A stretch of 64,000 nt of DNA from Nitrospinales bacterium (GTDB taxonomy: Bacteria > Nitrospinota > Nitrospinia > Nitrospinales > VA-1). The notes under the pieces were generated by a model. The model saw only the letters and a program-made list of their open reading frames with translations, searched no databases and was not told the origin of the DNA. Shown here piece by piece: positions 41,581 through 50,512 of this stretch (positions within the stretch are counted from its first letter, which is position 1; each line of letters begins with the position of its first letter). The DNA lies in the NCBI GenBank assembly GCA_965223795.1, contig CBDCXL010000002.1, forward strand, positions 1,536,001-1,600,000, in the 5' to 3' direction. The translations under genes were made by a program, and so were the position numbers.

Positions 41581-41898
41581 ATGAAGAACATTTCGATCGA
41601 TGAACTGCATGACGCTTTGCCCAATCTGAAAGAGAACGACCTGATCCTCGATGTGCGCTCGCCGGCTGAGTTTCGCGAGGGTCATATCGCCGGTGCGCGC
41701 AACATCGGCCACGAAGAGGTGGGTTCCATCGCGGACGAGCTGAAACAGCACGGAACGGTTTACGTGCACTGCAAAATGGGCGGGCGCGCCAAGCTGGCGT
41801 CCGAGATTTTGACCCAGGCGGGGCTGGACAACATCGTCTGTGTGGGCGACGGCGGCATGCACAAATGGATGGAACAGGGCTGGCCGGTGGAACGCTGA
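41581..41898 (+). CDS. Rhodanese-like domain protein
   Basis: LDVRSPAEF..GHIAGA and HCKMGGRA. Confidence 0.9.
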   Translation: MKNISIDELHDALPNLKENDLILDVRSPAEFREGHIAGARNIGHEEVGSIADELKQHGTVYVHCKMGGRAKLASEILTQAGLDNIVCVGDGGMHKWMEQGWPVER

Positions 41899-41917
41899 AG
41901 CCGCCGCTTTGAAATTT

Positions 41918-41964
41918 AAAAAAAGGGGAACTCCTTTTCAATTTGGGGGGTTCCCCTTTTTTTT
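41918..41964. terminator. Bidirectional rho-independent terminator
   Basis: A7-GGGGAAC...GTTCCCC-T8 hairpin after the rhodanese stop. Confidence 0.85.
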
Positions 41965-42117
41965 GCCCGGTTTTGCCTGCACGCGATCGGTCCGGGCAGC
42001 GCACGGTACAGCGAAACGTTTTGATTCAACACCGCGAATGGCCTTATACTGATGACATGAGAACGAGCCCGGCCGGACATGCGGTCCAAACGTTGCAGGA
42101 CGCGAAACGTGTGAGTC

Positions 42118-43464
42118 ATGGACGCTAAAATTCCTCTGTCCCTTTTGACTTCGGCGTTTCCCTTCGTTTATTTCACCGAAGCGTTCGCCGATGTGCGGGA
42201 TTTCGGCAACGCGCGCATCGAGTTCTGCAAAAACGCGCTCGACACTGCAGGCAAACCCGATAACGGCAAGCCCACGACGGATGAACTGCTGCGCGGGGTG
42301 TTCGCCTCGGCGCAGGAACTGAACGCGTTTTATGCCTCACTGTTAAAAGAGGGGCGGGTCGAGAACCGGGAGATCTGCCTTAAAAGCGGGGACAAGGCCC
42401 GCATGTCGAGCCGCCTCATCCGTCTCAGGCCGGGACTGCACTGCCTGCAGGGCTATTTTTCCGGCATCACCCGGCATGCCGCTGCCGCAAACGCAGCGAA
42501 CGCGAAGCCTGCTGCGCAATCCAGCGAAGACCCCGGCGCCATTATCGGAACCTCCCGCGCCATGGAAAACGTGGCGGCGGCGGTCGCCAAGATCGGTCCG
42601 TTGAACATCCCGGTGCTGTTGAAAGGCGAGCCGGGAACCGGCCGGCATCACATCGCCCGCGCCATTCACTCAAAGAGTCCGCGTGCAAAACGTCCGTTCG
42701 TGGCGGTGCACTGCGACGCCTATTCGGAAACGCTGCTGGAATCGGAATTGTTCGGACACACTCAGGGAGCGTTTGCGGGGGCGGACGACGAGTGCGAAGG
42801 GCTCATCGAGAAAGCGGACGGCGGCAGCGTGTATCTGGATGAAGTGGGCGCCCTGCCGCTGAGCGTGCAGTTCAAACTGCTGCTGCTGCTCAAGGAAGGG
42901 GAAATCCGCCGGATGGGCAGCCTGAAAAGCCTCAGGGTGGACGTGCGCCTGATCGCCGGCTGCCAGACGGACCTCGACAAGAAGGCGGCGGACAAAGCCT
43001 TCAACGAGGAGCTGTACCGGCGGTTTCAACTGTTCGCGCTCAAGGTGCCGCCGCTTCGGGAGCGCGAGGACGACGTGCTGCTGCTGGCGGATCATTTTCT
43101 CAAGCGGCTCGACGCCGCCTCGCGGCCGAAAATTTCGCGGTCGGCGGCGCTGCTGCTCAAACGCCACCGCTGGCCGGGGAACGTGCGCGAATTGAAAAGC
43201 ACTGTGGAGCGGGCGGCGCTGCTGTGCGAGAACGGAATGATCGGTGAAGAACACCTGCCGCTCGCCCAGCCGGAGAAACCGGCAGCGGATTTGCCGCAGG
43301 CTGCGTCAATCCCGGCGGCCTCGCGGGATGAGGGAGCGCGGCAGCGGATCCTCGCCTGCCTGGAAAAAAACCGCTGGAACAAGACCCGCACCGCCCGCGA
43401 CCTCAACATTTCGCGCGCGACGCTGTGGCGCAAGATCAAGGAACTGGCCATCCCCTCTTCCTGA
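42118..43464 (+). CDS. Sigma-54-interacting (bEBP) Fis-family regulator with degenerate motifs
   Basis: AAA+ domain (ESELFGH, LDEV, WPGNVREL) plus C-terminal HTH; Walker A is GEPGTGR and the loop is GAFAGA. Confidence 0.88.
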   Translation: MDAKIPLSLLTSAFPFVYFTEAFADVRDFGNARIEFCKNALDTAGKPDNGKPTTDELLRGVFASAQELNAFYASLLKEGRVENREICLKSGDKARMSSRLIRLRPGLHCLQGYFSGITRHAAAANAANAKPAAQSSEDPGAIIGTSRAMENVAAAVAKIGPLNIPVLLKGEPGTGRHHIARAIHSKSPRAKRPFVAVHCDAYSETLLESELFGHTQGAFAGADDECEGLIEKADGGSVYLDEVGALPLSVQFKLLLLLKEGEIRRMGSLKSLRVDVRLIAGCQTDLDKKAADKAFNEELYRRFQLFALKVPPLREREDDVLLLADHFLKRLDAASRPKISRSAALLLKRHRWPGNVRELKSTVERAALLCENGMIGEEHLPLAQPEKPAADLPQAASIPAASRDEGARQRILACLEKNRWNKTRTARDLNISRATLWRKIKELAIPSS

Positions 43465-43587
43465 CAAAGCCGGAACAAGGGCTTTGTTTTCAATCTTCCC
43501 GATTCGATGGAATCCCTTCTGCGGCTATGGTAGAATCCCCAGCTTGACGACAGCCCGACCGGATTCCGCAAGCTGCGGGAATCCGAG

Positions 43588-44142
43588 ATGCGCCCCCTTT
43601 CAGGGCGTTCGCAGGTTGGGCCTACGGCAACCCGGCAGTCTGGAATCGTAGAGGATGGAAAAAAGCGGATCGCCATCTATCCGGGCACATTCGACCCGGT
43701 CACCAACGGCCACATCGACATCATGCGCCGGGCCATCCGGCTGTTCGACCGGCTGGTGGTCGCGGTGGCGCTCAACCCCAAAAAGGAGCCGCTGTTTTCG
43801 CAGGAGGAGCGGGTGGCGTTCATCCGCGACGCTCTTAGAGACACGGACAACGTGGAAGTGGTTCCGTTCAACAGTCTGTTGACCCATTTTGCCCATTCGA
43901 AGGACGCGACGGTGATCATCAAAGGGCTGCGCGCGGTGACGGACTTCGAGTTCGAGCTGCAGATGGGCCTGATGAACCGCAATCTGGATGAAACGCTGGA
44001 AACGCTGTTCATGATCCCGAGCCAGGAGTATTCGTTTTTGAGCTCCAACCTGGTCAAGGAGATCGCCCGCCACGGCGGCGAGATTGCCAACCTGGTTCCG
44101 CCCAGCGTGAGCAAAGGGTTTCAGGAACGAAACTCGCGATGA
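43588..44142 (+). CDS. coaD: Phosphopantetheine adenylyltransferase
   Basis: IYPGTFDPVTNGH, GLRAVTDFEFE and SSNLVKEIA; start uncertain. Confidence 0.95.
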   Translation: MRPLSGRSQVGPTATRQSGIVEDGKKRIAIYPGTFDPVTNGHIDIMRRAIRLFDRLVVAVALNPKKEPLFSQEERVAFIRDALRDTDNVEVVPFNSLLTHFAHSKDATVIIKGLRAVTDFEFELQMGLMNRNLDETLETLFMIPSQEYSFLSSNLVKEIARHGGEIANLVPPSVSKGFQERNSR

Positions 44143-44213
44143 AAGGTTTTAAACCCGGTTCAAACTCAATGGGCACTGCGGGTGTCCGCGCTTCTTATCT
44201 GAAAACCTGACAC

Positions 44214-45407
44214 ATGGACTTTTCGACCCGAATACAGAATCTGAAACCCTCCATGACGATGGAGATCAACGCCCTGGCGCAGGACCTCAAGGCGAAAGGC
44301 GAAGACGTGATCGGCTTCGGCGCGGGAGAGCCGGATTTCGACACGCCCGACAACGTGAAGCAGGCGGCGATCCGCGCCATCGAAGCCAACGACACGCATT
44401 ACACACCGGTCGGGGGGACGCCGAAGCTCAAGCAGGCGATCGCGCAAAAGCTCAAGCGGGACAACGGGCTGACCTACACAAACGAACAGATCGTGGTGTC
44501 CTGCGGGGCCAAGCATTCGTTTTTCAACCTGGCGCAGGTGCTGTGGCAGGAAGGGGACGAAGTCCTGGTGCCGGCGCCGTACTGGGTGTCGTACCCGGAC
44601 ATCATCGAGCTGACCGGTGCGAAGGCCACGATCGTGCCCACCGACGAAAGCACCGAGTTCAAGATCGTGCCGGAGCTGATCGATAAAGCGGTGACGCCGC
44701 AGACGCGGGCGATCGTGATCAACAGCCCGAGCAACCCGACCGGTTCGGCCTACACGAAACCGGAACTGGAGGCGATCGCCGAATGCGCGCTCAGGCATGG
44801 ATTGCTGATCCTGTCGGACGAAATTTATGAAAAGATCGTGTTCGACGGCTTTGAGCAGGTGAGCATCGCTTCGCTGAGCCCGGAGGTAAAGGCGAACACC
44901 GTCGTCATCAACGGCGTGTCCAAGGCGTATGCGATGACGGGCTGGCGCATCGGTTACATCGCCGCGGATAAAACGCTGGCCGCGCAGATCCAGAAGATCC
45001 AGGGGCAGAGCACCTCCAACCCCAGCTCCATCGCGCAGGCGGCGTCGATCGAGGCGCTCATCGGCCCGCAGGATTCGGTGGCGCAGATGACGCGGGAGTT
45101 CAAGACGCGGCGGGACCTGATCCTGAAATGCCAGAAAAAAATCAGCGGCGTGACCTGCTACGAACCGGTGGGCGCGTTTTACACGTTCCCCAATTTTTCC
45201 GGCGTGCTCGGCAAAAAACACGCCGGCAACCCCATCAACGGGTCGATCGCGTTGTGCAAGTTCCTGCTTGAAGAGGCCAAGGTCGCGGCGGTGCCGGGAA
45301 TCGCCTTCGGGGCGGACGCCAATGTGCGGTTGTCCTACGCCGCCTCTCCCGAGATCATCGAAGAGGGTCTGGGGCGCATCGCCAAAGCGGTGAATGCTTT
45401 GAGTTGA
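44214..45407 (+). CDS. aspC: PLP-dependent aminotransferase class I (aspartate aminotransferase)
   Basis: GEPDF, NSPSNPTG, DEIY and SKAYAMTGWRIG. Confidence 0.92.
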   Translation: MDFSTRIQNLKPSMTMEINALAQDLKAKGEDVIGFGAGEPDFDTPDNVKQAAIRAIEANDTHYTPVGGTPKLKQAIAQKLKRDNGLTYTNEQIVVSCGAKHSFFNLAQVLWQEGDEVLVPAPYWVSYPDIIELTGAKATIVPTDESTEFKIVPELIDKAVTPQTRAIVINSPSNPTGSAYTKPELEAIAECALRHGLLILSDEIYEKIVFDGFEQVSIASLSPEVKANTVVINGVSKAYAMTGWRIGYIAADKTLAAQIQKIQGQSTSNPSSIAQAASIEALIGPQDSVAQMTREFKTRRDLILKCQKKISGVTCYEPVGAFYTFPNFSGVLGKKHAGNPINGSIALCKFLLEEAKVAAVPGIAFGADANVRLSYAASPEIIEEGLGRIAKAVNALS

Positions 45408-45472
45408 CCTTTTGCTTTATTTTGGGAACCCGCGGCCGCCGAGGGTGGGAACTGAGGGGATTGGCCGCTGGA

Positions 45473-45709
45473 TCAATGCGTTGTGGAGGGCACGTCCTGC
45501 TGACTTTTCTTGTAGTCGTGAATACGCCGCTCGATGTTGGAGCGGCAGCGCTTGGCCTTGCAGTTTCCGGTGCCGACCCCGATCTTCCGTCTGAGAGCCT
45601 CAAAGGACAGACAACCCTGCCGTATGGCCTGCATGATGGTGCCGGCCTTGATACTCCTGCAGATACAAACTTTCTTAAAATTATCTATTAATTCCTTTTG
45701 AGAACTCAA
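45473..45709 (-). CDS. BFD-like (2Fe-2S)-binding protein
   Basis: VCICRSI..GVGTGNCKAKRC. Confidence 0.75.
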   Translation of the reverse strand: MSSQKELIDNFKKVCICRSIKAGTIMQAIRQGCLSFEALRRKIGVGTGNCKAKRCRSNIERRIHDYKKSQQDVPSTTH

Positions 45710-45779
45710 AATCGATCCGGGGTTCAGGTTATCTTTCCCTTATGACTTCCACTATAAACCAAGTTCGACCGAAAACCCA

Positions 45780-47348
45780 GTGCAAACCCTTAAAAATATG
45801 CGGTTTTGGATATTATCGAGCCTCACCGGCCTGGCTTTAGTCCTTGTATTCCCACGGTTTGAACTGAGTTTTCTGGCCTGGTTCGCGTTCGTCCCCCTGT
45901 TTTTCGCCGTCTGGAACCAGCCCGCCCTGAAAGTGGCGGCCGGCGGGTTTGGGGCCGGGTTCGTGTTCTATTTTTTCGGGCTCAACTGGGTCACCAACAC
46001 GCTGTCCAATTATGGGAACATTCCCATCGTTCTGAGTTATGCGATCCTGGCGCTTCTGGCGGCGTACCTGGCGTTTTACGTCGCGCTGTTCTGCGTGCTT
46101 ACGGTGCGCTTTTGCCGGGGCCAGCCGGTGCTGCTTTTTCTGCTCGCGCCGGCACTGTGGACGTCGCTGGAATGGCTGCGTTCGACCCATCTGGAGTACG
46201 GCTTTTCCTGGCTCGGTCTGGGCTACTCGCAGGTGGCGAATCCGGCGCTGATCCAGATCGCAGAAATTACAGGGATCTATGGGGTGTCCGCGTTGATCAT
46301 GGCGGTCAACGCGGCGCTGTTCGCGGCCTTGAACGAGGGGCTGGCGCGCGGGCCGGAAACGCCCTTTGTACGCGGAACCGGAGCGCGGGTGCTGGCGGCG
46401 GCGCTGCTGCTCTTCTTCTGTGCGGCGGGGTACGGCGCGGTGGCGCTCAAACGCTGGGAGGCGTTTGCTTCCGGCGAACCGGCGGTGACGGTGGGACTGG
46501 CTCAGGGAAACATCGATCAGGCCATCAAGTGGGATCCCCGGTTCCAGGATCAGGTGCTGGACACGTACAAAAACCTCACGCTCCAGGCGGCCCAGGCCAA
46601 GCCGGACCTCATCGTGTGGCCGGAAGCGGCGATTCCTTTTTTCTACCCGCTCGACGAACAGGGCTCGGCGGTGGTGGAGTCGATCGTCGACCGCGCCGGC
46701 ACACCGCTTCTGTTCGGCAGCCCGTTCAAACTGGACGGGAAAGACGGTCCGGTTCTGTATAACAGCGCCTACCTGCTGTCGCCGCACGGCAATATCGGCG
46801 GCCGCTACGACAAAAAGCACCTGGTGCCGTTCGGCGAGTTCGTGCCGTTTCAGAACGTGCTGTGGTTCGTGCAAAAGATGGTGGAAGGCGTCGGCAATTT
46901 CGGCCGCGGCGAAGAAATGACGCTGTTCGACCTCGACCCGCACCGCTTCGGGGTGTCGATCTGCTTTGAGATCACCTTTCCGGATCTGGTGCGCGAACCG
47001 GTGCGGCGGGGCGCGCATTTTCTGGTCAACATCACCAACGACGCCTGGTTCGGCAACAGCGCCGCCTCCTACCAGCACATGGCGATGGCGGCGATGCGCG
47101 CGGTGGAAAACCGCGTGCCGATCGTGCGCGCGGCCAACACCGGCGTGACCGGCACGCTCGATCCCTCGGGCAGGATGCGCCAGCGCACGGAACTGTTCAC
47201 CGAAGCGATGGTGCTGACCGGGATCGTTCCCAACACCGGCGGCCGCACGTTTTATTCCCGCCACGGCGATGTGTTCAGCTTTTTGTGCATCGGCGTCACG
47301 GTGCTGCTGCTCGCCTTCTTCCGGCGCCTGTCTGATACAGCACCCTAG
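45780..47348 (+). CDS. lnt: Apolipoprotein N-acyltransferase
   Basis: QGNI, WPE, YNSA, KKHLVPFGE, ICFE, NDAWFG and RAANTG. Confidence 0.96.
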   Translation: MQTLKNMRFWILSSLTGLALVLVFPRFELSFLAWFAFVPLFFAVWNQPALKVAAGGFGAGFVFYFFGLNWVTNTLSNYGNIPIVLSYAILALLAAYLAFYVALFCVLTVRFCRGQPVLLFLLAPALWTSLEWLRSTHLEYGFSWLGLGYSQVANPALIQIAEITGIYGVSALIMAVNAALFAALNEGLARGPETPFVRGTGARVLAAALLLFFCAAGYGAVALKRWEAFASGEPAVTVGLAQGNIDQAIKWDPRFQDQVLDTYKNLTLQAAQAKPDLIVWPEAAIPFFYPLDEQGSAVVESIVDRAGTPLLFGSPFKLDGKDGPVLYNSAYLLSPHGNIGGRYDKKHLVPFGEFVPFQNVLWFVQKMVEGVGNFGRGEEMTLFDLDPHRFGVSICFEITFPDLVREPVRRGAHFLVNITNDAWFGNSAASYQHMAMAAMRAVENRVPIVRAANTGVTGTLDPSGRMRQRTELFTEAMVLTGIVPNTGGRTFYSRHGDVFSFLCIGVTVLLLAFFRRLSDTAP

Positions 47349-47411
47349 AGCACACGATCACCAACCGCGAGATCTCTGCATAAGCGGGGTATTAAAAAGT
47401 TTAAAATTTAT

Positions 47412-47515
47412 TGTCACCCTGCGCCCTTCGTCCTTCGACAAGCTCAGGATGACAGCTCAGGGCAGGCTTTGTCGAAAGGTGCCGGGAATCATGCTTCGAC
47501 AGGCGCAGGGTGACA
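47412..47515. repeat. Nested REP-like palindromic element
   Basis: Perfect 14-bp terminal inverted repeat TGTCACCCTGCGCC / GGCGCAGGGTGACA enclosing CTTCGACAAGCTCAGG-type units; lies between convergent genes. Confidence 0.75.
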
Positions 47516-47547
47516 GGACTTCGGCTCATGCGGAAATATCGCGTGGC

Positions 47548-48366
47548 TCACTGCTCGACGATGTGCTTGAGCACCACTTCGACGTTTTCGTCTCCGGCTT
47601 CGACGATCTGCTGGCCGACGATGTCCCCCGGTCCGGCGCGCGCGTCGCCGTCGCGGTCGATGCGGGCGGTGAGGGTGAGGGTGCCGGCGAACTCGGCGCC
47701 GGGCATCATCACATCCTGCGTTCCCAGCGAGAAGCGATGCGGGAATTCGACCGCCTCCAGCCGCTTGACGGCGATGGGAATGCCGCGTTCCTGGCCGTGG
47801 GCGCGGGCGATGAGAAACAGCTTCCAGTTGTCGGGCAGGTCCTTGGCGACGTCGGGGTCGAGCTTGAGCGTGCCGGAAACGGAACTTTTCCTGCCTTCGA
47901 CGATGCGATTCAAAACGATGTTGACTCCCTTATCTCCGGCCTGGGCCAGCGTGTCCCCCTCGATGTCGCCCGGTGACGCCTTGGCGTTGCCGTCCTGATC
48001 CAGCCGGGCGGTGATGCGTATCGCGCCTTCGAACTTATTTCCCTCAAGCATGACGTCCGCGGGACCGATAGAATAGTCAAAGGGAAGTTCGATGCGGCTG
48101 TGCCGCCTTGCGGCCAGCGGCGGACCTCCCTTTACCCCTTCCGGGCGGGCGATGATGAACAAACGCGCCTGATCGGGCATGGCGTTTTCGTGCTGCGCAT
48201 CCAGCGTGACGGTGCCTGAAATCACCTTGGCCTTGAGCGCGGGGTCGTTCTGCTTGATGATCTTCTGTTTCATGCTTTGCGGCAGGGGGTGCTCCTTGAG
48301 TTCCTTCTCGCAGCCCATGAGCAGGGAAACACTCACCCCGGCAATCAGTAATATTCGATTTTTCAA
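47548..48366 (-). CDS. Lipoprotein with two tandem CycH/CcmI C-terminal-like Ig domains
   Basis: TTG start after GGAG, lipobox LMGC, and two copies of SGT.TLD..LF.IAR..P.A..R..P..S.G..DVM..ITAR.D.DG.A...PGDI.G. Confidence 0.7.
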   Translation of the reverse strand: MKNRILLIAGVSVSLLMGCEKELKEHPLPQSMKQKIIKQNDPALKAKVISGTVTLDAQHENAMPDQARLFIIARPEGVKGGPPLAARRHSRIELPFDYSIGPADVMLEGNKFEGAIRITARLDQDGNAKASPGDIEGDTLAQAGDKGVNIVLNRIVEGRKSSVSGTLKLDPDVAKDLPDNWKLFLIARAHGQERGIPIAVKRLEAVEFPHRFSLGTQDVMMPGAEFAGTLTLTARIDRDGDARAGPGDIVGQQIVEAGDENVEVVLKHIVEQ

Positions 48367-48649
48367 TCTGTTTCTCCGGCTTTCGATGAGGTTGCAGAAA
48401 TTGAAACCATTCGCTTCCCGCAACATCTTATATACAGGCGATCCTTTCCGGCCGTCAGGCCGCGGGGGACGCCGGTCACCAGCTTGTTTCCGGGAAATGC
48501 ACGGTTTCACCCGGCGCCTGTCCAGGCCCGGGTTTCCGATCGGTTCGACCCTATGATACCTCAAAGTATCACCCGCTCAAACCGTGAGGAGACCGGACAT
48601 CCCGGTTTTATTTCTGCATCCGGATTCGGGGGGCGCGGAGGAAAATATC

Positions 48650-48850
48650 ATGTTTCATCAGGTAAAAATTCTCGATTCGAAAGGAAAAGTCAAAAAAGTT
48701 CTTTCGCCCAAAAAACTGAGTAAACATTACTGGGGAGAATTCTTCGACCCGGCCAAAAATACCCGCACGAAATCGGTGAAAAGAAAGAAAAGCAAACCGG
48801 GTAAAACCCAAAAAGCCGATTTGAGTCACAAAGACCTGCACTGTTCCTGA
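48650..48850 (+). CDS. Small basic hypothetical protein
   Basis: GGAGG RBS; MFHQVKILDSKGKVKK...; Lys-rich. Confidence 0.55.
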   Translation: MFHQVKILDSKGKVKKVLSPKKLSKHYWGEFFDPAKNTRTKSVKRKKSKPGKTQKADLSHKDLHCS

Positions 48851-48965
48851 CAGTGCGCCACCTGTAATGCGGCTGATAAATTTCAGGGAGATCCTTTTGA
48901 TGGCCTGACTCCTAATCCTCCACCAAAGGTTGAGTTGGAACATTTAAAATTATCCCTGAATTCGT

Positions 48966-48992
48966 GAGGGGGAATCCCCAAGGTTCCCCCTC
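48966..48992. terminator. Hairpin between convergent genes
   Basis: GAGGGGGAA...TTCCCCCTC 9-bp stem. Confidence 0.45.
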
Positions 48993-49116
48993 GCGTGCCC
49001 CTTTCCTCAAAACACACACCCTTCCATCCTGTCAGACAGACCGCCGCACACAGCGCACAGGTATTCCTGCGCGCGGCTTTCACCGCCGTTTTATTTCCGG
49101 GAAATTCTGGGTGTCG

Positions 49117-50001
49117 TCAGCGCGGGAAACGCTGGGTCTTGGAGAGGCCCTTCTGGCGGAAATCCTGGCCCTGGATCATGACGAATTTGCACATCTCCGC
49201 AAGGCGGGAATAGATGCGGGCGCCGACCTTGTCCTGCAGCCGCTCGCGGGTGTACCCGTCGGCGAAGCTCTGGTCGGCGTTTTCGGGGTAGGTGGTGGCG
49301 TCGTGGCGGATGGCCAGTTCGCTCGGGTAGTTGGTGGTGAACAGCGTCACTTTGTCGGCGGCGTTGTAGCGGCTTGAGATCAACTGGTCGAGCACGGTCA
49401 ACTCCCATTCGGTGTTTCTGCCTTTGGCCAGCTCGTCGATGACCAGCACGCGGGAGCGCAGGTACGGCCCCAGGATCGCCTGATCGGACAAATCCTGGGA
49501 ATAGCCGTGGCGGATGTCGGCCAGCAGCTGGAAGAAGTCGACGAAGCGGCAGTCCACCCCATGCTGCAGGATGAGGCTTTTCAGGATCGCCACGGAGAGG
49601 TGGGTCTTGCCCAGTCCGGGATCGCCCATAAAGACCAGTCCCGTGTTCTTCTTTCCGTTTCCACCGACCCAGTCCTTGACGAAATCCATCGCGATGCGTT
49701 TTGCGCGGCCCTGGGACTGCTTGCCCTTGTCGTAGGAATCGAAATCGGCGTGCAGGAACTTTCCGGGAATGCCGGCGTCGTTCAGAATGCGAAACCGTTT
49801 CTTCATCCGCGTGCAATCGCAGTCGGATAAAAACGAAACGCCGTTTTCCTTTTCATAAAACACGCGTCCCTCGCCGCCGCACAGGCCGCAGTGAAAACAG
49901 GAACAGGTTTCCGCCTGCAGGCGGCCGCTGCGATTGACAAAGACGTGGCCGCGGCCCTGGCAGGAAGGACACGCATCCGGCTGGATTTGGACGTTAGGCA
50001 T
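49117..50001 (-). CDS. DnaC/IstB-like AAA+ ATPase with N-terminal Cys (Zn) motifs
   Basis: CPSC..CSC..CGLC..CDC, GDPGLGKTHL, LVIDEL, TTNY, RIYSRL.EM and GQDFR. Confidence 0.85.
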   Translation of the reverse strand: MPNVQIQPDACPSCQGRGHVFVNRSGRLQAETCSCFHCGLCGGEGRVFYEKENGVSFLSDCDCTRMKKRFRILNDAGIPGKFLHADFDSYDKGKQSQGRAKRIAMDFVKDWVGGNGKKNTGLVFMGDPGLGKTHLSVAILKSLILQHGVDCRFVDFFQLLADIRHGYSQDLSDQAILGPYLRSRVLVIDELAKGRNTEWELTVLDQLISSRYNAADKVTLFTTNYPSELAIRHDATTYPENADQSFADGYTRERLQDKVGARIYSRLAEMCKFVMIQGQDFRQKGLSKTQRFPR

Positions 50002-50142
50002 TGAATTTCAGGGTGTTGCGGTTAAGGTGAAACGGTTTGAACGAGGAAAAAAGAATAAACTCAAAAGTGTGGATTTGAGTGATTGTCGTCAGGGAGAAGG
50101 ATGCAAATGCGTCGTACCGCTCGCATTGATCACGAAATGATT

Positions 50143-50412
50143 TTACGCCTGCTTAAATTCGCTTTCAATGAAATTTTCGAGAGAGGAAAGAGAAACCTTC
50201 TGCGGAAAGGGTTTGCGATTTCTTTTTTTCTGTTCGTGAAATCCTTTTTCGATGGCGTTGCACAGGATGTGAACGGGGATGCCGCGCTGCTCCCAACGGC
50301 TGATGAGGTGGTAATCGTTGGAGGAGAGGAACAGACCCGAATCCTTGAGGGCGAGAAAAAATTTTTCGACGGCGCTGATGTAGTTCAACGGTTTCTCATC
50401 CAGGTAACACAA
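50143..50412 (-). CDS. Small hypothetical protein upstream of the DnaC-like ATPase
   Basis: NYISAVEKFF..LFLSSNDYHLISRWEQRGIP..L..AIEKGF; start uncertain. Confidence 0.65.
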   Translation of the reverse strand: MCYLDEKPLNYISAVEKFFLALKDSGLFLSSNDYHLISRWEQRGIPVHILCNAIEKGFHEQKKRNRKPFPQKVSLSSLENFIESEFKQA

Positions 50413-50512
50413 ACTGCATTGCTAACGGGAAGCGGCCGGCAATGCATCCTAACCAATGCAGGCCAGCGTTTTTTCAGATTACGGCATCCGCAAGAGCTTT
50501 GCAACGGAACCC

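Noticed and set aside
49117..50001. IstB of an IS21 element
   Set aside because: No istA transposase or terminal inverted repeats nearby; the context is chromosomal.
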